DNA from: Candidatus Omnitrophota bacterium
Lineage (GTDB): Bacteria > Omnitrophota > Gorgyraeia > Gygaellales > Gygaellaceae
DNA length: 64,000 bases
Direction: 5' to 3'
NCBI GenBank assembly: GCA_018400015.1
Contig: JAGYNB010000001.1
Span: forward strand, 70,815 to 134,814
Of the stretch, positions 8,982 through 17,629 are shown piece by piece. Each line of letters starts with the position of its first letter. Position 1 is the first letter of the stretch. The notes under the pieces are model-generated. The model ran no database searches. It was not told where the DNA came from and saw only the letters and a program-made list of their open reading frames with translations. The position numbers and the translations under genes were made by a program.

Positions 8982-9677
8982 ATGATTAAAGTTTCTGTTT
9001 TCGGCTTAGATTGTCCTGTTGGTAGAATAAAGGTTAAAGACCAGCGTTTGGATAGAATAAAAGAGCTTTATAGCGCTTCTAAGAAAACCTATCTTGAGCT
9101 GGAGGTAGTTTCTCAAGATAAGGCTGCGCAAAGTGACGGTTTAGTTGTTTTAAAAGATAATAAACTTGATGTAATCATTGTTGATCTGGAGATTATTGAT
9201 AAAAGATTAGTCAGTCCGCAGGAAGAAGAAAAAAACCTTCTTTTGTCTCTGAAAAAGAATTTAGAAGAAGAAAAGTTTATTAATCAGATTAAAATTAGCG
9301 ATTCCGAAAAAGATCTTTTAAGACAGTATCCCTTATTAAGCAATAAGCCCATATTTACAGTAGAAACATTCGAAGAAGACATGCAGAAGGTGCTATTTGA
9401 TGCATATTACCATTTTGGATTTATGAATTTTTTTACTGCCGGTCCGAAAGAAGCCAGGGCTTGGAGCGTAGAAAAAGATATTACCGCATACGAAGCCAGC
9501 GGTTGCATTCATTCTGATATTCAAAAAGGGTTTATTAAGGCAGAGGTATTAGCTTATGATGATCTTGAAAAAAGCGGTTCTTTCAATAATGCCCGTTCAC
9601 AAAACTTGGTACGTTTAGAAAACAGGGATTATGTAGTCAAAGATGCCGATATTATAACTTTTCGGTTTAATAAATAA
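8982..9677 (+). CDS. YchF-like protein lacking the N-terminal P-loop G domain (helical and TGS domains only)
   Basis: The C-terminus (FFTAGPKEARAW...IHSDIQKGFIKAEV...YVVKDADIITFRFN) matches the YchF TGS region (FFTAGPKEVRAW...IHTDFEKGFIRAEV...YIVQDGDVMHFRFN). There is no GxxxxGKS/T anywhere. It is 231 aa against about 363 for YchF. Confidence 0.55.
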   Translation: MIKVSVFGLDCPVGRIKVKDQRLDRIKELYSASKKTYLELEVVSQDKAAQSDGLVVLKDNKLDVIIVDLEIIDKRLVSPQEEEKNLLLSLKKNLEEEKFINQIKISDSEKDLLRQYPLLSNKPIFTVETFEEDMQKVLFDAYYHFGFMNFFTAGPKEARAWSVEKDITAYEASGCIHSDIQKGFIKAEVLAYDDLEKSGSFNNARSQNLVRLENRDYVVKDADIITFRFNK

Positions 9678-9681
9678 AACA

Positions 9682-11244
9682 ATGCAAAGAATAAAAAGAG
9701 CATTAATCAGTGTTTACGATAAGACCGGTATAGTTGAATTTGCAAAAGGCTTGGTTGAGCTTGGGGTGGAGATAGTTTCAACAGGGGGAACGGCCAAGAT
9801 ATTAAATCAAGCCGGAATCAAAATAGTTGAGATTTCCGACTATACATCTTTTCCGGAAATGCTTGACGGAAGAGTAAAGACCTTGCATCCTAAGATCTAT
9901 GCAGGGTTACTTGCCGTAAGAGACAACACAGAGCATTTAACACAGCTTGAAAGACAAGGAATCGGTTTTATTGATATGGTGGTGGTGAATTTGTATCCTT
10001 TTGTTAAGACCCTTGCAAAAAAAGGTGTTAGCGAAGATGAAATAATCGAGAATATCGATATAGGCGGTCCATGTATGTTAAGAGCGGCAGCCAAGAATTA
10101 CGCTTCGGTTGCAGTTGTAAGTGATTGGCGTAGGTATAAGGGAATACTTAACGAACTAAAAACTAATGGTTGTAGGTTGCCGATTGGGACTTTAACTTGC
10201 TTAGCATGTGAAACATTTCAGTTAACTAAAAGCTACGATCAGGCTATTTTTGATTACTTTACTTCGAAAACAAAAGAAGATAAAGATGTTTTCCCTCAGC
10301 AGATCAATCTTGTGCTTAAGAAAGTAAGAGATTTGCGCTATGGGGAAAATCCGCATCAGAAGGCATCGGTTTATTCGTCTATAGACAAGACTCGCAGTCT
10401 ATTTGATGCAAAGCAGTTACACGGCAAAGAACTTTCTTTTAATAATATTCTTGATTTATCAAGCGCAATAGGGCTCTTGAGGGAGTTTGAAAAACCAGCA
10501 GCAGTTGTGTTAAAGCATAATAATGCCTGTGGATCCGCAGAGGATAAGCTTTTACATAGAGCATATCTTCATGCATGGGGTTGCGATAAATTATCTGCCT
10601 TTGGAGGCGTAGTTGGTTTTAACCGAAAAGTTGATTTTAATACAGCGAGGTTTATTTCTCAAAGCGGATTCCTGGAATGCATTATTGCTCCCGGATTTGA
10701 TAAAAAAGCGTTAGCAATATTGACAAAGAAGAAAAACCTAAGAATTATAGAGTTGAGCGAAAAGTTTTTGTTTTCTAAAGATAAAGATTTTGATATGCGT
10801 AGTGTATCCGGTGCATATTTGGTGCAGGAAAAAGACAATATAGACATAATAAAAGGTTCTTTAAAAGTGGTTACCAAGTGTAAACCTACTAAGGTTCAGA
10901 TGGAATCATTATTATTTGCCTGGAAGGTAGTAAAGCACATAAAATCCAATGCTATCGTCTTGGCCAAAGGAACAAAAACTGTTGGCATAGGCGCAGGACA
11001 AATGAGCAGAGTGGAATCAGTTGATATTGCCTGTAAGAAAGCAGGTAAAGTGAATACTAAGAATTCCTGCCTTGCGTCCGATGCATTTTTCCCAAAGGAA
11101 GATTCGATAAAAAAAGCTGCCCGCGCAGGAATAAAAGCGATAATTCAGCCAGGCGGTTCCATTGCTGATAAAATCATTATAGATTCGTGTGACAGGCATA
11201 AGATTGCCATGGTTTTTACCAACATAAGGCATTTTCGTCATTAA
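9682..11244 (+). CDS. purH: Bifunctional AICAR transformylase / IMP cyclohydrolase
   Basis: It has an MGS-like N-terminus (ISVYDKTG...STGGTAKIL) and an AICARFT domain, at the expected 520 aa. Confidence 0.9.
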   Translation: MQRIKRALISVYDKTGIVEFAKGLVELGVEIVSTGGTAKILNQAGIKIVEISDYTSFPEMLDGRVKTLHPKIYAGLLAVRDNTEHLTQLERQGIGFIDMVVVNLYPFVKTLAKKGVSEDEIIENIDIGGPCMLRAAAKNYASVAVVSDWRRYKGILNELKTNGCRLPIGTLTCLACETFQLTKSYDQAIFDYFTSKTKEDKDVFPQQINLVLKKVRDLRYGENPHQKASVYSSIDKTRSLFDAKQLHGKELSFNNILDLSSAIGLLREFEKPAAVVLKHNNACGSAEDKLLHRAYLHAWGCDKLSAFGGVVGFNRKVDFNTARFISQSGFLECIIAPGFDKKALAILTKKKNLRIIELSEKFLFSKDKDFDMRSVSGAYLVQEKDNIDIIKGSLKVVTKCKPTKVQMESLLFAWKVVKHIKSNAIVLAKGTKTVGIGAGQMSRVESVDIACKKAGKVNTKNSCLASDAFFPKEDSIKKAARAGIKAIIQPGGSIADKIIIDSCDRHKIAMVFTNIRHFRH

Positions 11245-11262
11245 TTATTTCTGCTGTTAACA

Positions 11263-12579
11263 ATGACCTACCGAGACAGCCTTCTATATTTTAATACATT
11301 TATAAATTACGAAAGAATTTTAATCCGTAAGAAAAAAGTTCCTTATAAACTTCAACGCTTCAGGGAATTTCTAGTTTTTTTAGGCAATCCCCAAGAAAGT
11401 TTATGTTTCATTCATGTTGCCGGTTCAAAAGGTAAAGGTTCGGTTTGCGCTTTTGTCGCTAATATTTTGCAAAACGCAGGTTTTAAAACTGGGCTTTATA
11501 CCTCTCCGCATTTAGTAGATATAAGAGAAAGGATAAGAATACTAATTCCTGGAGAAAACGATATCAACGATCCTTTTAACGGCATAATCAGAAAAAAGGA
11601 ATTTGTAGATTTGATAGGTTCGCTTAAACCTAAAATAGAGCGGTTTTGCGCAAGTTGCAAATACGGAAGGATTTCATTCTTCGAGCTTCTTACAGCAATG
11701 GCTTTTATTTATTTTAAACAAAAAAATGTCGATTTTGCGGTTATTGAAACAGGCTTAGGCGGAAGGCTTGATGCTACGAATATAATTAAACCGTTTGTTA
11801 GCGTGATTACCCCGATTAGCTATGAGCACACGAATATATTAGGAAAGACATTAGAGAAAATCGCAGCTGAAAAATCAGCGATAATCAAAAATAGATCATT
11901 TGCTGTATGTGTTGATAAACCAAAAAAGGCATTAACAATTATAAAACAAAGATGTAAAAAGATGTATTCAAGATTGATTATTGTAAATAAGGATATTTTG
12001 TTCAAAGGTAAAACAGATAACTTTTATATAGAGGGAACATTGCGTAGTTATAAAAATCTAAAGATTCGGCTTTTGGGTAATCATCAGCTTGTTAATGCTA
12101 GTTTGTCCGTTGGCGCAATAGAATTTCTTATTGGGCAAGGAGTTAATATTAGTCTTGATAACATAAGAAGAGGTTTATATAATACTATTTGGCCCGGCAG
12201 GTGCGAAATTATACAAGAAAAACCCAAAGTTGTTTTAGACGGAGCACAAAATTCCGCTTCGGTTAAGGCACTGGTAAATACCATCCATGAAAATTATAAG
12301 TTTTCTCAAGTTATACTTGTATTGGGGATTTCGCTTGATAAAGATATTGTCGGTATATGCAGATGTTTAGATAAGATAGCTGATAAAATAATTTTGACTT
12401 GTGCGGATAACCCTAGAGCAACGCCGCCAAAAGAATTAGAGAAGTATTTTAATAAAAAAGAAGTATTCTTAACTGCTAATGTAAAACAGGCGCGTAAAAT
12501 AGCCTTAGAACTGGCTAAGCCTAAGGATTTGGTTTTGGTTACCGGTTCATTATTTGTTGTAGGTGAATACAGAAAATGA
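11263..12579 (+). CDS. folC: Folylpolyglutamate synthase / dihydrofolate synthase
   Basis: It has a Mur-ligase P-loop (HVAGSKGKGS) and FolC-type length and organisation. Confidence 0.75.
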   Translation: MTYRDSLLYFNTFINYERILIRKKKVPYKLQRFREFLVFLGNPQESLCFIHVAGSKGKGSVCAFVANILQNAGFKTGLYTSPHLVDIRERIRILIPGENDINDPFNGIIRKKEFVDLIGSLKPKIERFCASCKYGRISFFELLTAMAFIYFKQKNVDFAVIETGLGGRLDATNIIKPFVSVITPISYEHTNILGKTLEKIAAEKSAIIKNRSFAVCVDKPKKALTIIKQRCKKMYSRLIIVNKDILFKGKTDNFYIEGTLRSYKNLKIRLLGNHQLVNASLSVGAIEFLIGQGVNISLDNIRRGLYNTIWPGRCEIIQEKPKVVLDGAQNSASVKALVNTIHENYKFSQVILVLGISLDKDIVGICRCLDKIADKIILTCADNPRATPPKELEKYFNKKEVFLTANVKQARKIALELAKPKDLVLVTGSLFVVGEYRK

Positions 12580-13964
12580 AAAAAACTCAACAGACTATAG
12601 CTGCGATTTCCACCTCAACCGTTGCTTCTGGGGTTGGCATCGTGCGTATTAGCGGCCCTAAAGCCTTTAGCGTTGCCGCTAAGATATTTTTTCCTAGCAA
12701 AAAAGAAAAATTCGCTAAACTAAAAACACATACGATTAACCACGGCTGGATTATTGATAAGCTAAATAATAAATACCAGCGGATTGATGAGGTTATGGTT
12801 ATTAAAATGGACGCACCCAATACTTATACAAAAGAAGATACGGTGGAGATCGATTGTCACGGTGGGATTGTGGTTTTGCGCAAAGTATTAGAATTAGCAC
12901 TTAAATATGGCTGTCGCATGGCTGAGCCAGGAGAGTTTACTAAAAGAGCATTTTTAAATGGTAGAATCGATTTAGCCCAGGCAGAAGCGGTTATCGATAT
13001 TATTAAAGCAAAGACAGATAAGGCATTAGGTATTAGTACGCAGCAGCTAAAGGGGGAGCTGTCAAAAGAAATCCGTGCAATCAGAAATATCTTTCTTGAA
13101 GTAATTACTTTTTTTGAAGCAAATATTGATTTTCCCGATGAAGAAATCGGCCGGCTGAATCTTTCCGAGATAGAGAGGTTATTAACAAAGGCTTATTTGA
13201 AGGTCAAGAATCTGATTGATTCTTCCGTTAGAGGTAAAGTTTTAAGAGAAGGTATTCATGTAGTTATTTGCGGTAGGCCAAATGTGGGAAAATCATCTTT
13301 ATTAAATGCATTATTAAAACAGGAACGTTGTATTGTAACTCATATTCCCGGAACAACCAGGGATACGGTTGAAGAGATAATCGATATTAAAGGAGTCCCT
13401 GTAAGAATTGTAGATACCGCAGGTATTCTTGAGCCAAAAGATCTTGTAGAGAAAAAAGCTATTCAACGTTCCAGAGAGCAGATTGATCTGGCTGATCTGG
13501 TAATTTTAATGTTTGATGCAAATAAAAAGCTTTCTTGCGGCGATAAATTGCTTATCCATAGATTAAAGAATAAAAATTGCCTGGCGGTAGTAAATAAAAT
13601 TGACTTAAAAAGAAATATCAATATTGATTTTATTAAAAGTGAATTTAAACATGTTATCGAAATTTCTGCAAAGCAGGTTAAAAACATAAATCTTTTAGAA
13701 AAAGAAATCGTTAAGTTTGCATATGGCGAGAATAGAAATAACGAGGAAAATGTTCTTATTAGCAATAAAAGACATATAGAAAAAATTAATAATTCTTTTG
13801 TTTTGTTGGAGGATGCGATTAGTTATGTAAAATCAGCTGGTAATCCCGAATTAGTCGCACAAAATTTAAAAGAAGCTTTGGGCTGTTTGGATGATATAAT
13901 AGGTGAAAGGTTCTCAGAAGAGATTTTAGATAGAATATTTAGTGAGTTTTGTATAGGAAAATAA
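12576..13964 (+). CDS. mnmE: tRNA modification GTPase MnmE
   Basis: It has a G domain (GRPNVGKSS) and the C-terminal CIGK motif diagnostic of MnmE/TrmE. Confidence 0.9.
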   Translation: MKKTQQTIAAISTSTVASGVGIVRISGPKAFSVAAKIFFPSKKEKFAKLKTHTINHGWIIDKLNNKYQRIDEVMVIKMDAPNTYTKEDTVEIDCHGGIVVLRKVLELALKYGCRMAEPGEFTKRAFLNGRIDLAQAEAVIDIIKAKTDKALGISTQQLKGELSKEIRAIRNIFLEVITFFEANIDFPDEEIGRLNLSEIERLLTKAYLKVKNLIDSSVRGKVLREGIHVVICGRPNVGKSSLLNALLKQERCIVTHIPGTTRDTVEEIIDIKGVPVRIVDTAGILEPKDLVEKKAIQRSREQIDLADLVILMFDANKKLSCGDKLLIHRLKNKNCLAVVNKIDLKRNINIDFIKSEFKHVIEISAKQVKNINLLEKEIVKFAYGENRNNEENVLISNKRHIEKINNSFVLLEDAISYVKSAGNPELVAQNLKEALGCLDDIIGERFSEEILDRIFSEFCIGK

Positions 13965-13976
13965 TCTAGGAGAGTC

Positions 13977-14537
13977 ATGATTCAGAAGAAAAAAATAGAA
14001 AAAGCTGTAAGAGAAATTCTTAGTGCAATCGGAGAAAATCCAAAAAGAAAGGATTTATTGAAAACGCCTGAACGTGTAGCTCTGATGTATGAGGAGATTT
14101 TCTCGGGAATTAAAAAAGATCCCAAAAAAGAGCTAGAGGTATTATTGGATCAGAAACATGACGAGATAGTTCTTTTAAAGAATATTCCTATATATTCAGT
14201 ATGTGAGCATCATCTTCTGCCTTTTTTCGGCAAAGCAAATATTGCCTATATCCCTAAACAAGGAAGAGTAACTGGATTAAGTAAACTTGCGCGTGTAGTA
14301 GATATACTCTGCAGTAGGCCACAGGTACAGGAACGTCTTACAACCCAGGTTGCCGATATAATTATGGATAAACTTAAGCCTTTGGGAGTGATGGTTGTTA
14401 TTGAAGCAGAGCATTTGTGTATGTCCATGAGGGGGGTCAAGAAGCCCGGGACGTGTACGGTTACGTCCGCTGTTCGGGGGGTTTTTAAGAAAAATGAGAA
14501 AACTCGCTTTGAAACCCTTTCTTTGATCGGAAAATGA
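13977..14537 (+). CDS. folE: GTP cyclohydrolase I
   Basis: The CEHHLLPF active-site motif is present and the length is 186 aa. Confidence 0.9.
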   Translation: MIQKKKIEKAVREILSAIGENPKRKDLLKTPERVALMYEEIFSGIKKDPKKELEVLLDQKHDEIVLLKNIPIYSVCEHHLLPFFGKANIAYIPKQGRVTGLSKLARVVDILCSRPQVQERLTTQVADIIMDKLKPLGVMVVIEAEHLCMSMRGVKKPGTCTVTSAVRGVFKKNEKTRFETLSLIGK

Positions 14538-14926
14538 TTAAAAAGATAATTGAACACAAACGCATAAAGCCCCTTTTAAAAAGCTTTATTTTCGCTTTTA
14601 ACGGTTTAAAACATATTTTTAAAAACCACCGTAATGCAAGAATCATTTTAATTGTCGGTATTCTTGTTTTGATTTCTGGAATATATTTAAGGTTATCAAG
14701 AATCGAGATGGCGATAATCGTTGTAGTGTGCGGTATGGTATTAATTGGCGAGATATTTAATACTATGGTAGAAGATATAACCAATCTTATTACGGATAGC
14801 AAGTTCCATCCTATCGCCGAAACTGTTAAGGATATGTCAGCAGCAGCTGTTTTATTGGCGAGCGTTCTTAGCGTTCTAATAGGGATAATAATATTTATTC
14901 CCAGAATAATTGTTTTATGGCATTGA
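14534..14926 (+). CDS. dgkA: Diacylglycerol kinase
   Basis: It is a 3-TM protein of 130 aa. [13 protein letters not shown]...KDMSAAAVL matches DgkA EILNSAIEAVVD...KDMGSAAVL. Confidence 0.75.
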   Translation: MIKKIIEHKRIKPLLKSFIFAFNGLKHIFKNHRNARIILIVGILVLISGIYLRLSRIEMAIIVVVCGMVLIGEIFNTMVEDITNLITDSKFHPIAETVKDMSAAAVLLASVLSVLIGIIIFIPRIIVLWH

Positions 14927-16461
14927 GAAAGCACACAATCGTAACAATCCTGGCTATATTTTTATTGGGTTGGTTTGTATATATCAACAACCTTAATAAT
15001 GCCTTTGTTTATGATGATTATCTTCTTGTGGTGGATAACCCGGCAGTAAAATCCTTCAAGCATTTAGGCAATATCTTTAAGCACGATTTATATTATTATG
15101 TAAGTAAAAGCAATTTTTACCGTCCGATAGTTTCTTTAAGTCTCATGTTCGATTTTGCTTTTTGGAAATATAATTTCCGAGGGTATCATTTGACCAACAA
15201 CTTGCTGCATATTTTAAATGCGCTAATTTTATTTTTTATCATCAGTAAAGTGTTTCGTAACGATGTCTTAGGCCTGATTACCACAGTGCTTTTTTTAGTT
15301 CATCCTTTGCATACCCAGGCAGTTACCTATATATCCGGTAGGGCGGATCTACTTTATGTTTTTTTTGGCATGGTTTCTTTAGCGGTTTTTATCCGGGCCT
15401 GCCAGTTAAAGTCGCTTGCTTTGCCTGTTGTGTCATATTTTTGCTTTATGTTGTCTTTATTGAGTAAAGAAACAGCGCTGGTATTTCCTTTCCTTATCTT
15501 ATTGATAATGCTTACTTTTTATAAAGAATATTTTAGTTTTAAAAAATACAGTATATTTTTGGTAATCACAGCTGTCTATTTTATTGTTAGGCTGACTTTT
15601 TTAAAAGACATACTGCATAATCCTCAGCCGGTGAGCTTTCCTGTTATTGTCAGGTTATTAAATATGCCTAAAGTGATAATTACTTATTTTTTATTGTTGA
15701 TTTTTCCTGTGGGTTTACATATAGATCGTAGTTTCAATATCAGTTCCGCTTTCCTGGAAAAGTTTAGTTTTAAATTATCCCCATTTTCACTCAATGTAGT
15801 AGGTATTGATTATCAACTTTTTATTAGCTGGATTATAATGCTATTATTCATAGCGTTGTTAATCAGGATCAGAAAGAAAGATAAGCTTATTTTATTTTCA
15901 AGTCTATGGTTTTTTGTTGCTTTTTTGCCTATATCAGGAGTATTTGCTTTAAATGCTATGATTGCCGAACACTGGACTTATCTTCCCAGCATAGGCTTTT
16001 TCTTGATTGTTGCAGCATTGATTTATAGGTTGAAATCTACGTATTTCTTGAAATATTTTTCTTTGGTCGTTTTTTGCGTTATCGTTATAAGCTACTCCAT
16101 GTTGACGATAAAACGTAATAGGGACTGGAAGGATGAAGTATCTCTTTATACGAGTACACTTTTTTCTTTAAATGGAAGAGGAAGCCCCAGGCTTTATTAT
16201 AATTTAGGATGTGCTTATCTTGATAAAGGTATGGTTAATGAGGCAATCGCGCAATATGAAAAGGCAATATCTTTAAATCCGAGGAGAAAGTTGCTTTATT
16301 ACTATAGCTTGTCCCTGGCATATTTGGCGAAGAAAGATTACGCCAGCGCTATAAAAAACCTTGAAACTGTGCTAACGATGCAACCAGAGAATATCAACGA
16401 GATTAATTTACTGAAAAATGCCAAAGATTTTTTAAAAAAACTAAAATCAAAAAATAAATGA
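14917..16461 (+). CDS. Polytopic membrane protein with C-terminal TPR repeats (GT-C/PMT-like or DUF2723-like putative glycosyltransferase)
   Basis: About 11 hydrophobic helices are followed by TPR-like repeats (YYNLGCAYLDKGMVNEAIAQYEKAISLNP). Confidence 0.4.
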   Translation: MALRKHTIVTILAIFLLGWFVYINNLNNAFVYDDYLLVVDNPAVKSFKHLGNIFKHDLYYYVSKSNFYRPIVSLSLMFDFAFWKYNFRGYHLTNNLLHILNALILFFIISKVFRNDVLGLITTVLFLVHPLHTQAVTYISGRADLLYVFFGMVSLAVFIRACQLKSLALPVVSYFCFMLSLLSKETALVFPFLILLIMLTFYKEYFSFKKYSIFLVITAVYFIVRLTFLKDILHNPQPVSFPVIVRLLNMPKVIITYFLLLIFPVGLHIDRSFNISSAFLEKFSFKLSPFSLNVVGIDYQLFISWIIMLLFIALLIRIRKKDKLILFSSLWFFVAFLPISGVFALNAMIAEHWTYLPSIGFFLIVAALIYRLKSTYFLKYFSLVVFCVIVISYSMLTIKRNRDWKDEVSLYTSTLFSLNGRGSPRLYYNLGCAYLDKGMVNEAIAQYEKAISLNPRRKLLYYYSLSLAYLAKKDYASAIKNLETVLTMQPENINEINLLKNAKDFLKKLKSKNK

Positions 16462-16934
16462 AAAGAATATTTGTTATAGCGTTAATAATATTTTTATCAG
16501 GCTGCGCAGCCTATAAATACGAAATAAGTCCGAAGGCATATAATAAGGGTTTTGTTGTTAGGCGTCATGGACTGCTTATTCCCGAGTATACTATTGATGA
16601 GCAAGAGAACGCTCCCAAAGATAAGCAGCTCGCCTCAAGAAGGTTTAAAAGAAGAAAAGATATTGTGAACTACTATTATAAACAGATGGGGTTAATTTAT
16701 AATGATGCTATGACACGCACAGCTGATTTTGGCAACATGATGACTGGGATTTTTAAACTTCCCAAAGCAGCTATGGAAAATGCTAAATATGAAACAGATC
16801 CTGAATATAAAGCACGCGCAGATAAGGAAATGTTTGATCAAGAAGCAAAAACTATTGAAAGAAGGCAGGATCTGAGAGAGAAATTAGGTGAATACATAAA
16901 ACGGGATATGGAGTTTGAGAAAAATCTGGAGTAG
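16458..16934 (+). CDS. Lipoprotein of unknown function
   Basis: It has a signal peptide with an L-S-G-C lipobox. Confidence 0.4.
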   Translation: MKRIFVIALIIFLSGCAAYKYEISPKAYNKGFVVRRHGLLIPEYTIDEQENAPKDKQLASRRFKRRKDIVNYYYKQMGLIYNDAMTRTADFGNMMTGIFKLPKAAMENAKYETDPEYKARADKEMFDQEAKTIERRQDLREKLGEYIKRDMEFEKNLE

Positions 16935-16939
16935 CGGAT

Positions 16940-17629
16940 ATGGATTTTATGAATAAACTAATAACGATAGTTGAAGATGAAAAAGATATAGCTGAACTTG
17001 TTTCATTGCATTTAGAAAAGTCAGGGTTTAAAACAAGAACTTTTAATGAGGCAGCTAGGTTTTGGTGCTTTGCAGAAAAAAATACTCCTGCTTTGGTAGT
17101 TCTTGATCTCATGCTTCCTGACGCAGACGGAATAGATGTTTGTAAGGAAATTAAGAAAAATTCAAGACTATCTTTTGTGCCCGTTATAATACTTACTGCC
17201 AAATCAGAGGAAACAGATAAAATTCTTGGGCTTGAGCTCGGAGCAGATGATTATGTAACCAAGCCTTTTTCTCCTAAAGAGTTAGTGGCAAGAGTAAAAG
17301 CAGTTTTAAGAAGGCAAAAAACTAAGCTTGAAACTAAACAGTTATATACGGACAAGGCACTAATGATTGATTTGGACAAGTGCGAGGTTTATATTAATAA
17401 AAAAAGAATCGATCTTACTTCTACTGAATTTAAATTGCTTAAGATCTTGGTCGAAAAGAAAGGTTGGGTAATCTCCAGGCAGAAGCTTCTTGATTATCTC
17501 TGGGGTACGGAAAAAGCTGTTCTTGATAGGACAATAGACGTTCATATAAAGAATCTCAGGGGCAAGCTTGGCAAAGTCGCAGATTCTATAAAAAATATCC
17601 GGGGAATGGGGTATAAATTTGAAGAATAA
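16940..17629 (+). CDS. phoB: OmpR/PhoB-family response regulator
   Basis: It has a receiver domain (D at VVLDLMLPDADG) and a winged-helix trans_reg_C domain. It lies in a Pho context immediately upstream of phoR-like, pst and phoU genes. Confidence 0.7.
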   Translation: MDFMNKLITIVEDEKDIAELVSLHLEKSGFKTRTFNEAARFWCFAEKNTPALVVLDLMLPDADGIDVCKEIKKNSRLSFVPVIILTAKSEETDKILGLELGADDYVTKPFSPKELVARVKAVLRRQKTKLETKQLYTDKALMIDLDKCEVYINKKRIDLTSTEFKLLKILVEKKGWVISRQKLLDYLWGTEKAVLDRTIDVHIKNLRGKLGKVADSIKNIRGMGYKFEE

